In this document: in pieces, positions 11,500 to 24,567 of the stretch
Layout: each line of letters begins with the position of its first letter
How positions within the stretch are numbered: position 1 is the first letter of the stretch
NCBI RefSeq assembly: GCF_018350175.1
Contig: NC_058378.1
Span: forward strand, 74,524,001 to 74,588,000
Source: Felis catus
Taxonomy: Eukaryota
Direction: 5' to 3'
Length of the DNA stretch: 64,000 nucleotides
Program-made: the position numbers and the translations under genes
The notes under the pieces: model-generated
What the model was told of the DNA's origin: nothing
What the model saw: only the letters and a program-made list of their open reading frames with translations
The model's database searches: none

Positions 11500-12107
11500 A
11501 CCTCCCTTCCCAGGTGAGGGAGAGCCAGAATCCAGGCAGAGCCAGGAAGGACGAGATGATAAGGGAAATACGGTCCTGTCGCGGGGCCGTATCAGACGCA
11601 GCGCTCTGCCAAGTCAATAAAAACCCGCAAGGGCACCGACACCCAACGGCAGGGCGAGAGGGGAAAGACAAGATGGCAGAGAGTCGCTTTTCTTTCCTTC
11701 CACGAGGTCCAGGGAAAACAAACGGGACTGTCAAAGCAAACTCTGTCGCCGCCGAGCACCGGGCTTGGCGGCCCTGGCGGCCGGGTCGCGCTGTTTTGTT
11801 TGGGCCGCCGGTGCGTTATTAGGCCTTTTGAAGAACAACCTCGCGGCGGGTCACGGAGCGGTCAGCTGCTCACCTCTGCTGTGGTTCCAAGCGGCCCACC
11901 CCGGCCGCGAGGGGGAAAGAAGGGAGCGATTTCTGCAAGGAAAGGGGCTATTTATAAAATAAATATAAAATCTCCTATCTATTATGCACAAATGATAGCG
12001 CCGGAGAGCTCCAGCGGCTGTCTGTGTGCCGAACATCAGCCTCCCGTGCGTAGAAATTGCCCCGTACTGAGGAGAAACACAATACAGTTCACCAAACACT
12101 TGGCTGG
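11500..12107. promoter_or_regulatory. CpG-rich, repeat-free candidate promoter/enhancer (runs into an N gap)
   Basis: Dense CpGs. MEF2 consensus CTATTTATAA at 11948-11957 overlaps TATA-like motifs on both strands. E-box CAGCTG at 11863, YY1-like AAGATGGC at 11670, CAATAAAA at 11615. Confidence 0.5.
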
Positions 12108-12543
12108 NNNNNNNNNNNNNNNNNNNNNNNNNNNNNNNNNNNNNNNNNNNNNNNNNNNNNNNNNNNNNNNNNNNNNNNNNNNNNNNNNNNNNNNNNNNNN
12201 NNNNNNNNNNNNNNNNNNNNNNNNNNNNNNNNNNNNNNNNNNNNNNNNNNNNNNNNNNNNNNNNNNNNNNNNNNNNNNNNNNNNNNNNNNNNNNNNNNNN
12301 NNNNNNNNNNNNNNNNNNNNNNNNNNNNNNNNNNNNNNNNNNNNNNNNNNNNNNNNNNNNNNNNNNNNNNNNNNNNNNNNNNNNNNNNNNNNNNNNNNNN
12401 NNNNNNNNNNNNNNNNNNNNNNNNNNNNNNNNNNNNNNNNNNNNNNNNNNNNNNNNNNNNNNNNNNNNNNNNNNNNNNNNNNNNNNNNNNNNNNNNNNNN
12501 NNNNNNNNNNNNNNNNNNNNNNNNNNNNNNNNNNNNNNNNNNN
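12108..12543. other. Assembly gap (436 N)
   Basis: Run of N. Confidence 1.
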
Positions 12544-15159
12544 TGATATTTTTCAGGGGTCCGCTAGGAAAGTTCCTTAATAAGCGCATTGTGCGGCCCC
12601 CTTCCGTCTCAAACCGTGTTCGTGCTAGCCAGCCCGAAACGATGGGCTGGGAGGCATTTTGATAGCAAGGTTCTTCTTTAATTAGAAACTAGAATAATAA
12701 TTTCCATGAACATGCAATTTAAAAAAAAAAAAAAAACAAACCATCAAACAGGAATCCCACGTCCCTGCTTCACTCTTCCCGTGGGGACGCTGGTTCCTGG
12801 TATTATCAGCCCAAAAAGAACAACGTTGTACGGTATAAAGCGGGACGGTTTTTCATCAAATAAGCAAGTTAACTTTATTGTGAGATGCCCCTTATTATTT
12901 TGCAGCGTAGGGGGAAAAGTATTTATTACTTATATTTCTACACATATGTGACCCACAAATGACTCTTATCTGAGCTTTTTAAAAATCCTTGTGTATTGAT
13001 GCACGTGGTTGTGAAACAGGGTGAAAAGTGAAGTCATACCAGAAAGAAAAATCCATTGGTCTGTCCCCAAAACAGTTACAGCCTTTCAATTCAAAGATCT
13101 AGTCTGTCTGCTCAGAGAACACTCAGATGTCAATAAAAAAAAAAAAAAAAAAAAAAAAAGGAGTATTTGAAGTAAGGTCATTTGAAAAGAATTCTCTTTG
13201 ACCATCTGGGACGGTGAACTGTTTACGTTTACACTGACATGTATTCTGTTTGAAAGACGTAAGTGATTACACCTAGCAACGATACGGCAAAGCGAAATCT
13301 CTCGTCTGGCATACGCTCCCGATTTGTCGATTGATAAGAGACAAATAAAAACAAGGATTTTTCTTCTTCCTTCCCCCCCCCCACCCCGAAGAAATTCAGT
13401 CTTCATATATTTAGGCACTGAGGACCTCCCTGCTTCCGTTTGAAGGGCTGTGTAAGCTAATCGTTAAACAATTTCTAAATATCCAATCAATGTATCTCAA
13501 GGGGCTTTCCTTTTTGAGCAAAACTCCTCCGGCCAGAAAAATCGTCCCCCTCCTTTCCGGCGGCGGCGTCATGGGTCTGCGGTGCTCCTGCTGCCAAAAT
13601 AGCTAAGTGCCCTTAAAGGCCAATGATCGTGAAACATCTGTGAAACCCACAGTGATTCGGAAATGTGGGATTGCCAGAGCATAGCTTTAAAGGGCAGCTG
13701 TTAATCCGGCTCTAAAGTCGACGTAAGTTTTGTACGTTTTCTCTTTTGCAACGTGGCTTTTGGTTTTGTATTGTTATGATTATATATTCTATACCTTATT
13801 TTATATTACCATATCTTACTGCTCCGACTTCTTAAAATTATATTGTTTTACGCAAATTTACAAACAGTAGCTAGCTACCGTTCGATCGGTTCGAGGGGAG
13901 AGCAGGGTGTGGAATTGGGGGTGAGGGGACACCACGTGGAGCAGCTGTAGTTCTCTGCAAAGAACTAGAACCGTCTCCTGATGTTGCTGTCAAACACCCC
14001 CAAACCTCACACCAACCATACAGGCTCACTGAGATCCCACACCCCGATGCCCCTAAATGCGCCAAGGCTATTATTCATTTGTGCTTCAGCTTTCATTGCG
14101 AACACACTGTGAAGATTTGTACGAAGACAAACAAGTGACCTCCCTGTCACTGCCTTGTTAATTCGTGCACACACGCATGCGTATGCAGGTATTTGAATCT
14201 AGAGGACTGCAATGTTGGGGCCTGCGTAGTTAATTCCTAGTTTTCTTTTTGCCACCTCTCATGATCTAACCACAAAAGTCGCTCGAGTCGAAGAGGCAGG
14301 GAAAGCTACTGAGTTAAGAAAGCGGTAAAGATGAAAAACAGCAGATTAAAAAAATATCCAGCTCAGGAAAATGCTCGTGTGGGAGACTTTGCCGTGACGA
14401 CCGTGATGTTTCTACGATGATCGTACCCAGATCCTTACAGCCCATCCCTCCGTCCCTATTGGGCCAGGCTGAGAGGGTGCTGGATCTTGGTCTCATCACA
14501 GTGAGGATAGAGTCACAATCCGCTGGGTTTTGATGAGCGGACCACTGGGTTATCACATGACCTCACCCCATCTCTGCCATGGACAGGCTGTGCTTCCGTT
14601 AACAAGAAGGTCCTGAGTTTTCTCATCTGGAGACCGTAATAATAACACTTAACAGGATGTCTTTGGAACTTTCTACATCCCCTGGAAATTAGAAAGCTAC
14701 AGTGTAACCTTGCCTTAGAAAAAAAAATCAGAGTAAATAATCTCTTCAACGCTATACCTTATCTGGTTATACCTCACACGCTTTACTTCCCTAAGGTTTA
14801 GCATCAACTCTGGTTTCTCGTTCAAAACATCTGCGAAGGGACAGAAGCAAAGAAGCATCTGGCTTGTCCCAGCAGAATATAGTCGTGAGACCCGAACATT
14901 TATTAAAGACATGCTTTCCGTGACATCCCGGAGAAAGCTAAAGGTATTTAAAGTGACGTCTGGGAAGGACTCGGTATTGTTCAGAGCAGTGTGTGAAAAG
15001 CCCCGGCAAACAGTCTACGTGATTCATCAAGTTCAGAGTTGTTGTCATAACGTGTCTACTAATAGTCATTAAAGCATCTTCGTTAGCCAGAGATAAATAC
15101 CGGGGAACGCTCGGAATCCAGCTCCCATGCTTTCAAAGCTGCCTGGGAGCAGAGCAGTT

Positions 15160-16100
15160 GCTTAAGTGGCTTCGCTGCATCCTGGCCTGAGGATCCAGCT
15201 TCCAGAGCGTGAGGCGGGGAGAACCCACCCCGTGGGTGCCGCTGACACACGGCGGCGAAGGGCCTCGACCGGACGGCGTGGGCCCTTCACCCCAGGATCG
15301 GGCGTCGGGGGTCTTCTGGGTGAGGAGGCGGCACTGCTGTCCCCAGACTCCGAGATTCCAACAGCCCCGGCGGGAACCGGGTGGACGTCGTCCCTCTTCT
15401 CGCTGACCCGGGCCCCATTGGCAGGAGCCTTAGCGAACCGGCCACCGGTGAGTGTCAACCAGGACCCAAGACTGTTGCCAAATTAGAAATCGGAGGGTAT
15501 CCGCTGAATCTGGACGCCTGTCCAGATAGTTCTTAGGCAAGTAAATCCTAGCAGCTTGCAGGTGCGGGAGCCTTACGTGGCGGCAAGAGGGGAGACTTGA
15601 TGAACTGCGGTTTTTTGGAGGATTGGGGTAGGGAGCCTTTTGGGATTCGGTATAAAAGGACTTGCTAAATCGCTTCCACCGGGTCAGTGGAGGAGTGGCC
15701 CTCTGCCTTTCACAACCGCCTTCAAATCCTGTGTTGGGCACCGGGGCAATTAGGACATTCCTTCCATTGAAGGATACGATTGAACTCTGCCTTTTAATGT
15801 CGTGATTTTGATCTACGTGAATTACTGATGAATCAGCCCTCCACGTAGGCACCCTCCCACCTGCTCGAGGGCAAACAGTAAAGAAAAGTGGTGTTGCCAG
15901 GCTGGATGCCCTTGGCCCCGCTCTTCCGGTTGGGGCTGCAGGCTAGAAAAGCAAAGTGGAACGAATGACACGGGCACTTCCTTGCCAGACAAACTATTTC
16001 TTACCTCCTCCGCAGCCCTGTCGCATCCAGGACTGTTTCCTTGGCGAGATGGCAACTTTCATGGGTGCGGTTGGACCGACAGCCTTATAGGGTGTTGTGG
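15160..16100. promoter_or_regulatory. GC/CpG-enriched unique segment (candidate regulatory element)
   Basis: Many retained CpGs (e.g. 15200-15450), no recognisable repeat, donor-like CCG|GTGAGT at ~15448. Confidence 0.3.
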
Positions 16101-16520
16101 TGGTGACCAGGCTCTCTGCAAGGGGCATCTTCATACTGTCAGGCTTTCCTGACATCCCAGAGAGGAGAATTTAAAAGCCACCTAGACCATGAGCTTTGCC
16201 CCCTTTTAAGAAAAAATAGGCAATCTTCAGCACAGGAATTTATTTTACGGTATTACTTTCAGAAGTTGCTGAGGAAGACACATCTTTCCGTGGAAGAACT
16301 CTTAGCTACAGTGTTGGATAGCCGTATGCAATTTTGCTGTGTTTTGCTTATCTTCACCTAAAACAAATGTTACGTATATGGGGAAGTGGCAAAAACTGTG
16401 AGATTAAACAAAGAGAATTAAATGTCATTGATTTCAGCTATTCTTTTAACATGAAACTCATATTCTTAGCTTGTCTTCTTTCCTTTAGGTTGAATTCCTA
16501 TTAGTGTGGTTCTTACTGCG

Positions 16521-16754
16521 TTTTTTTTTTTAATTTTTCTGATTTTTTGTTAAGTTTATTTATTTTTGAGAGAGAGAGAGAGAGAGTGAGCACGAGCCAG
16601 GGAGGGGCAGAGAGAGGGAAACACAGAATCCGAAGCAGGCTCCAGGCTCTGAGCTGTCAGCACAGAGCCCGACGTCGGGCTTGAACCCAAGAACATGAGA
16701 TCATGACCGGAGCTGAAGTCGGACGCTCAACCGACTGAACCACCCAGGCGCCCC
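16521..16754 (-). mobile_element. CanSINE (SINEC_Fc2-like)
   Basis: Full body ending CACCCAGGCGCCCC on the plus strand. Degenerate TSD CTTACT..GTTTTT. Confidence 0.95.
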
Positions 16755-18359
16755 TTACTATGGGTTTTTAATAGTAACATATTCATGCACAGCCTAGCGA
16801 CCCTCCCCCTCCCCAATATCTAAGAAATGATTATCAGAAAAATGAATCATTAGAGCTACTTTTTTTCCGGTAATCCGTGGGGGACCTCTGAAAAATAAAG
16901 GAGAAAACTTTGATGCAAAGCATTATTCATTGGACGTTATCCCCAAATCTTGTTGATGTAGTAGCAAGTAGTATTCGAGTACCTAATTTGGGAGTCAAGA
17001 CTGGAGAGGCCAGTCTATCCACTGTCTCTGACTAGTTCTGTGATCCTGGAAGAGATAGGACATTTTAAAAATGGGATCTCAGGGTTCCATGTATTATGTT
17101 GCTATTTGGACAGGGCACATCAATGGGGTTTTCTTCTGGAATAGGGATATTCTGCAATTCCATAGAATTCTTACATCTGGGGCATGTCACTGTTCCGGCA
17201 ACCTCCACCTCTTCTCTCCCCGTCTGATAGAGTCCTGTATCATACAAACCTGAGGAGGTACAAATGCGTGTCGCTCTGAATTATGTTCATGACGCAGGAG
17301 CCAACAAAACAAACCCCAACAAAGTAAAACTCCCTTGATGGAAGTTGGGTATGGTTCATTAATAGCCTTGAAAAAAGTGTGTTCAGAAACAGATCATCTT
17401 GTGTCAGAGGAAGTAAAACTGAGAATGCATCTTACCCTTCATTAACTAGTTTCTGGAACATTTCTATTTAGTCAGCAAGTTTTTAAAAGGGTATTTTCCA
17501 AAAGGGGGAAATGCAAATTAGAGGCATTGGTCATTACCCAGAAAATAAAGGAACTGTCAAAGAAAAATCTAATGAAATGCCAATGGCTCTGTGGACTAGA
17601 CATTGATGGAGCCTGACTATAATGTCATCCGTGCAATTGGGTCATGGGTCCTTGTAATTGTTGAAACTCTTAGAAGAGAAAGTTCTGAACTGCTTTAAAT
17701 GGGAACAAAGACAACTCTGCCTTATCTGAACTCCATCCTTTGGGTTGTGATACATGCAAAATACCAGAGTGACTGTAGTTTGGAGAATGCGTTAAGTGCA
17801 AGAGTGTGGGTGGCAGCCGGAGGTAGGGACTGCACTGTTATTGTGATATTCTTGGCTCCCACATGGGCAGAAAACTTCAAGATTGGTTCTACCTCTGCCA
17901 CCTGATGATAATGCAGCGTCTTTTATTATGAAAATTCATCACTGGCTGATGAGTAATTCAAAATTATCCTGATTCCCCCCTCCCCTTGTCCCCATTTGTC
18001 ATAAGGAATCTCTGCCGGTCTATGGATCCTCTTGCCTTATTGCGAATACTTTTGATCCCGAGTATATATTTGTGAAGGAAGGAACGAGTATATAACTGAA
18101 GGAAGTTAGGACTGTGGTTTTTGGCTATCAACTGAGGCGGGACTAGGTTTGGCTGGGGGCGGGGGGGGGTGGAGGGGGAGTCGTTTTTGTTCTGTTTTGT
18201 TTCGCTTTACAATTCAGCCTACAGTTCTTATTGTCTTTGACTTGTGAGTACCCTGTTCCAAACGGTGGACCCAATGACACCCTAACTGCACTTAGAGACT
18301 TTCCGAGTCCCTTAGAGACTTTGTGTGCCGTGTTAAATTTGGCATAATGATCAGTAAAC

Positions 18360-18550
18360 TAGGTAGGTACCAGAAGAGACAAGTTCTAGCATAGGCTCTA
18401 TTACCAACCTGTTCACACAGAGCAAACAGTTCTCCATGCTGCAGTCTCCTATTTGCAGAATGAGGATAATAATACCTGCCATATCTACTTTACAGGTTTG
18501 TCACGATGAACAGTCATTGAGATAATGGGCATTATTAGCGTAAATAAAGT
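18360..18550 (+). mobile_element. MIR fragment
   Basis: CAGTCTCCTATTTGCAGAATGAGGATAATAATACCTGCC...GAGATAATG matches the MIR core. Confidence 0.6.
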
Positions 18551-19833
18551 ATGAGATGGTATTTCTCATATAACTAACAATTTAGGCAACATAATGACAG
18601 TCTCGTGTCTAATTAGAGACATTTTACTTCACCGAGTCCTATGAAATACTGTTCTCCTTCTTACGTGCTAGGAAAGCAAAGTGCCTAGTGTTCTTGCTTC
18701 CCCAAAGTGATATAAACTGAATCAATGGCTGCGCATCCCTGATTTTTTTTCCCTACATCTAAGATCTACCGAATTTTAATGATGGTTACGCACAGAGTGC
18801 TTTTGGGGTCTGTTGCCCCCGTGTAGCCTGTCCCCACCATGTGCACTATGCTCAAGTGGTGGCCTTTGTGCCTGTCTCATTGTTATTCTCGGGTGCCACA
18901 GTCACTTGAATACTTGAGCAGGGGAAGCAACGGTCCCAACGTCAAGTCACTTTCAGCGCTTGAGATCTGAAAGGCAGCCACTTGGAGTTCATTACACTTT
19001 TCTACTCAACCCTCCTGCCTTAACATTGTATTGCACGAGAATTCTAAATTCACTTTGGCTGCGTTACAAGGCCTGTTTTCTGCCTGGATGCCCAGGTCTC
19101 TCTTTCTTTCTATTGTCTCGGGTTGGTGTCCAGGAATAAAGGATACTTAACATTTAAAAAGGCAGAATTGTTTGCAAGGAAAATACTTCCCGCTAACTGG
19201 CTCTCCGAGAACTTGAAAGACTCAAATGAGGACAGTCACTTCCTTTGGAAGCATATTTATTTCTGTGCATCTTTTCTGGAAAAAAAAAAAAAGTTACCTC
19301 TTTGTGTGTCTTACTCATCATTATGTGTGTTTACAGAGTCCATGAGAAGTTCACAAAAAGAGAATTTCTTAGTGCGAAAGGCCCTTTGTTGAACAGGAGC
19401 TTTAATGCTTCCATACCTGGCCGAATCTCTTTTACGTATGACGACAGAAACCTTTTTCTTAAGCTTCCTGTGACCCACTAGGTCTTTCCACTGGGACAAT
19501 GAGGTAAACTATGTGAACGTATAAATGCCTTTCAACACGCTTTGGCATGTTTTTGTCGATAGAGGTAATCGACTAGGAATTAATTCGCTTCCCTTCTGCG
19601 TCTTGGGCACAGTGCGCAATAGCACTGTGAGCTTGGATAAACCCTGGATGCCTTAGCTTTCCTGTTTTAAGTGCGGCGTATCTAGAAAGTATTCTTTGTG
19701 GTGGTGTGTGATTTAGAGACGTGTGTCTGTCAGCTTCAGAGAAAGAAAAGCCATTTGACCACTTTTGAAAGGGCCGAACAGCGGCGGTGGGCTTAGGGAG
19801 GTGGGAGGGAACAAGGCCCGCCTGCGTTTGTAA

Positions 19834-19870
19834 GTGTGCGTGTGTGTGCGTGTGCATGTGTGTGCGTGCA
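19834..19870. repeat. Mixed (TG/CG)n alternating purine-pyrimidine tract
   Basis: GTGTGCGTGTGTGTGCGTGTGCATGTGTGTGCGTGCA. Confidence 0.85.
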
Positions 19871-19923
19871 TTGTTTTCCACAGGGAAAAACTAATCTCTT
19901 GGCTTAGATCCACCTTAGTATTA

Positions 19924-20198
19924 NNNNNNNNNNNNNNNNNNNNNNNNNNNNNNNNNNNNNNNNNNNNNNNNNNNNNNNNNNNNNNNNNNNNNNNNNNNNN
20001 NNNNNNNNNNNNNNNNNNNNNNNNNNNNNNNNNNNNNNNNNNNNNNNNNNNNNNNNNNNNNNNNNNNNNNNNNNNNNNNNNNNNNNNNNNNNNNNNNNNN
20101 NNNNNNNNNNNNNNNNNNNNNNNNNNNNNNNNNNNNNNNNNNNNNNNNNNNNNNNNNNNNNNNNNNNNNNNNNNNNNNNNNNNNNNNNNNNNNNNNNN
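19924..20198. other. Assembly gap (275 N)
   Basis: Run of N. Confidence 1.
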
Positions 20199-21349
20199 CT
20201 CCAGGAAGTTTGGCCTGGTGGGTCCTTTAGAGAAACTGGGCGTCCTGGTACCTCCCCGGGGAGGCATGCCTCACTAACCAAGCTTGTAAGGATATCACAG
20301 AACCTGTTGGACCTGTGGGGGTGGTGCCTTGCTAATAGCTTTGGCCATTAATTTCCCCCCTCTTTTTTTTTTTTCTAATTTCTTCTTTCTCAAGAGGTTT
20401 CAGGCTCAGCTGAACTGTTCCAATAGCCTGGGGGAGATGTGACTTCACGGAGTTATAAAACACAAAAAGGGAAAATGCTGGGAAAATTGCGTTGCTAAGG
20501 TTCAGTAACTTGTGGTTTCAGAAAATGGAACACTTCTGGACAACGCAGATGGCAGGAAGGGCCATGGTCATCGTTGGAAAACCACCTTCCCCTTTAGGGG
20601 TAGCAGTAGGAACGAGAGAGAACACCTAACCTCTAGGGCACACAGCAGGGGTGCCTTCCTTCCCTTCAGGAAGTCTTTGCTGAATACTGAACGGATGAAG
20701 GAAAGGAGAGGTATTTCCTGTTACCAGAAATGTGACTTGAAGTCAGTGCAGTTGTGGGCAAAGTTGTGTGAGTTAAGGAGGCCATATGACCTGTTAAGGT
20801 AGAAAGAAGGCGGGGGTGGGAGGAAAAGTTTCCCCTTCCTTGCTGTTCAGTCATTGCCCTTCGACAGCCTCTCCTGGGTAGACCAGATCACCAGCAAAAC
20901 AGGGCCGGTTGTGCTGAGTATTTTGCTAGGTACCTTGATGAAACCACGGAGCTGTATACCTTGTATGCAGAGTTTCTCACCAATACCTTCCGTTGTTATC
21001 CAATATTGACCACGTAACCTTGAGAGCGGTGAATTCTCTCTCAGTTGCGCTTTTAGTGAGACCAATGAAAAAATCCAAGGATGCTTCCCAGACCTTGAAT
21101 TTGGAACACTAGGAAGCCCTAACTCGTTAGATGTCGACTTACTACATGGATTCAGATTCAAAGTTTCCATTCTCTTAGAATAGGACTCCCATGACAACCC
21201 CAGCTAACCTTTAGGTTGAGGATTTTATTTACCCTTGTCATGTATGCAGTGCAAACATTTTCTCACCCTGTTTATTTCATCAGTATTATCAGATAATTGC
21301 ACAACAGCATCTTACAGCTCAGAGCTACCTCTGAGATAATTTGAAATAA

Positions 21350-21460
21350 CAATTGCCTTTTGCAGATGAAGAAACTGAGGCCTGGGGAGATGAAGTACCT
21401 TGCCCAAGGTCGCTTGGCTTGTCGAGAGCAAAGTTGAACTGTAACCTGAGCCTGTCTGTC
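21350..21460 (-). mobile_element. MIR core fragment
   Basis: TTTTGCAGATGAAGAAACTGAGGCCTGGGGAGATGAAGTACCTTGCCCAAGGTC. Confidence 0.75.
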
Positions 21461-21859
21461 TGTGTCATATCCTCCAATTATGGCTTGTTGTCCTTAAAAA
21501 CTCACGTCATGTGCCACTTCTCAGTGGCAATGTGAATTCCTTAAACCAATCATTTTTAAACTTTTAAAAAAGAGATCCTTTATTGTGCTTATTATATGGA
21601 TGTAGGTAAGCAATAGAAATGCCTTGAAGTGACAGCGGTAGGGGTAGGAGGACCTGAAGCCCATCATACTAACATCGCCCCATCTTCTGTCCGTACCCTG
21701 GGTGGTCTCTGAGACAAATCCAAGGAACCCAGGTGATCAGAAACTCAGTCTGGAACATCACCACTTGTGCACAAGAAAAACCACCTAACATCTATCTGCA
21801 TCTATCTGTCTGCACATGTCTGCGCATTTCGATCAAATGAGTTTTCAAAGCCTTGGCTT

Positions 21860-22218
21860 CATCACCTTGAAAATCACCAACCGAGGGCTCACGGAACAAT
21901 ATTATCTCCCGGTAACACAAAGCTTGGCACATCCTGGCTGTTTAATAAATTTTGCTGAATGAATAAATTAATGAAGGGTAACGCTTCGATCCCTGGAAAC
22001 TCTTCATTAGCTCTCATCGTCTATTGCTCTTTTCCTGTCCCATGTGGCCAAAATGCATCACATATACCTTGCTAACTCCCTTTTTGTTGTATTTGGCTCC
22101 GTTGTTACTGGTTTCTCCTTCTTGACTGTGAGGTCCTGGAGAGCAGAACTCCGAATTCCCAGTGCTGGGACACAGTGGGCCCAGAGTAAGCTTCAGTAAG
22201 AGCTTATTGTTAAATGAA
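21860..22218 (+). mobile_element. Two L2 3'-end fragments
   Basis: TTGGCACATCCTGGCTGTTTAATAAATTTTGCTGAATGAATAAA, and TTGACTGTGAGGTCCTGGAGAGCAG...CAGTGCTGGGACACAGTGG. Confidence 0.6.
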
Positions 22219-22255
22219 GACTGATGGGAAGTACATCAAACCTGTAGTGCTAAAG

Positions 22256-22477
22256 CAGAGTTTCTCAATCTCAGTATTATTCATGTTTGGGGCTGGAAAA
22301 TTCTTTGTTTGGGGGACCGTCCTGTATATCGTAGGATGTTTAGCAGCACCCCTGGCCAATACCCACTCCAAGCCAGTAGCAGCCTCTCCTAACCCCAAGT
22401 TGTGACAACCAAAAATGTCTCCAGACATTGCCAAATGTCCTCTGGGGGGCAAAATCGCCCTTCACTGAGAACCACAG
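22256..22477 (-). mobile_element. MER20 (hAT-Charlie MITE)
   Basis: GTTGTGACAACCAAAAATGTCTCCAGACATTGCCAAATGTCCTCTGGGGGGCAAAATCGCCC. Degenerate TIRs and 8-bp TSD TGCTAAAG/AGCTAAGG. Confidence 0.92.
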
Positions 22478-23462
22478 AGCTAAGGGATGTCTTGTTTTCT
22501 TTCCTCTGAGCTTCTGTTTCAGATGGACTCAGTCTGAAATGAGGCCGTTCCAAAACGTAAAATGTCTTGGTAAGTAAAAATAGGTAATGGTGTTGCTCAG
22601 ATCTTGGAATTTAAGAATAAGCATCGTCAGCCATTAGTTCATTTCACCCTCTATATATTTTATTTGGAGGGAATTTTAGTGGAGAACATGATGTTTGCTA
22701 GTTTGGGAAGATCATGTTCATTTCATGAAGGAACATAAATGCCAGTATTCTCTTGAGCCATTGGTCTGAAGTTGGCCAAATGCCACAGTTTCAGGATAGA
22801 GATAAAAAATGGCAGCTTCATATATTCTGTCATCATCAAGAAACTAGACTGGCAAATCAGTTGTTTTTCCCATGTTCTCCCGCTTTGGATGGTTTAGCCG
22901 AAGGCCCGTAGGATTTTAAACAGATGCCCAGCCCAAGTCCAAGACTCCAAGATTTAATGGCACCTGTCTACCTCATCCTAGATGTTACACGATACCTAAG
23001 TATCATGGGATACATCTTTATTTGAGACAAATAAAATGCCATTGAGTATTGATTCTCCCTAATGGAACTGGGCCTTTCCACTTCGAATCTAATCAAGAGT
23101 TTAAAGAAACATTTAAGAAAAAGGTCCCATTTCTCCCTCCCAGAAACATATAAGCAAGATGCAGAAGCACAAAATACAGTTCTCTAAAATCGGCATCCTC
23201 AACCTCTCACTCTTCTTATCCTCAGTCTTAAATTATCCTCTCCATATAGGTCATTTCCCAACATCTAAATATTAACAATTTGTAGCCTCGGTATCCCCAA
23301 TTCCNNNNNNNNNNNNNNNNNNNNNNNNNNNNNNNNNNNNNNNNNNNNNNNNNNNNNNNNNNNNNNNNNNNNNNNNNNNNNNNNNNNNNNNNNNNNNNNN
23401 NNNNNNNNNNNNNNNNNNNNNNNNNNNNNNNNNNNNNNNNNNNNNNNNNNNNNNNNNNNNNN

Positions 23463-24421
23463 AATTCAAGTTAGTTAACATACAGTACAGTATTGGTTTC
23501 AGGAACAGAACGCAGTGATTCATCACTTACAAAGAACACCCAATGCTCATCCCAACAAGTGCCCTCCTTGATGCCCATCACCCATTTAGCCCATTCCCCC
23601 ACCTACTTCTCCTCTAGCAACTCCCAGTTTGTTCTGTGTATTTAAGAGTCTCTTATGGTTTGCCTCCCTCTCTGTTTTCCTTATTTTTGCTTCCCTTATG
23701 TTCATTGGTTGTCTTTCATAANNNNNNNNNNNNNNNNNNNNNNNNNNNNNNNNNNNNNNNNNNNNNNNNNNNNNNNNNNNNNNNNNNNNNNNNNNNNNNN
23801 NNNNNNNNNNNNNNNNNNNNNNNNNNNNNNNNNNNNNNNNNNNNNNNNNNNNNNNNNNNNNNNNNNNNNNNNNNNNNNNNNNNNNNNNNNNNNNNNNNNN
23901 NNNNNNNNNNNNNNNNNNNNNNNNNTCATCAGTCAATGGGCATTTGGGCTCTTTCCATAATTTGCCTATTGTTGGTAGCACTGCTATAAACATGGGGGTG
24001 CACATGTCCCTTCAGATCAGCATTTTTGTATCCTTTGGATAAATACCTGCTAGTGTAATTGCTGGGTCACAGGGTAGGTCTAGTTTTAATTTTTTGAGGA
24101 ACCTCCATACTGTTTTCCGGAGTGACTGCACCAGTTTGCATTCCCACCAACACTGCAAAAGTGTTCCTCTTTCTCCACATCCTCGCCAGCATCATTTGTT
24201 TCCTGAGTCGTTCANNNNNNNNNNNNNNNNNNNNNNNNNNNNNNNNNNNNNNNNNNNNNNNNNNNNNNNNNNNNNNNNNNNNNNNNNNNNNNNNNNNNNN
24301 NNNNNNNNNNNNNNNNNNNNNNNNNNNNNNNNNNNNNNNNNNNNNNNNNNNNNNNNNNNCCCATTTCTTAATTTGTCTTTTGGGTGTTGAGTTTAATGAG
24401 TTCTTTATAGATTTTGGATAC
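23463..24421 (-). mobile_element. 5'-truncated carnivore L1 (ORF2 C-terminus and 3' UTR), broken by N gaps at 23305-23462, 23722-23925 and 24215-24359
   Basis: Minus-strand translation CTPMFIAVLPTIGKLWKEPKCP is the L1 ORF2 C-terminal motif. Carnivore L1 3' UTR sequence AATTCAAGTTAGTTAACATACAG...TTAAGAGTCTCTTATGGTTTGCCTCCC. Confidence 0.92.
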
Positions 24422-24567
24422 TTCTTCTTTTCATCAATGCCCAAATAAAATGACTCAACATGTCCCTAATACTGCAGGCTCTTGAAAGTCCAGTATTCCT
24501 ATCCCGATATTTCTATAGGTCTATCCATTCACACATTCATTCATTCAACAAATATTTATTGAGAATA

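Noticed and set aside
11800-12662. Long ORFs of 166-248 aa (similar ones at 19713, 23272-24448, 29048 and 42890)
   Set aside because: Their length comes from reading through N gaps.
23586-24444. ORFs with real protein similarity (CTPMFIAVLPTIGKLWKEPKC)
   Set aside because: Decayed L1 ORF2 C-terminus in a 5'-truncated element, not a host gene.
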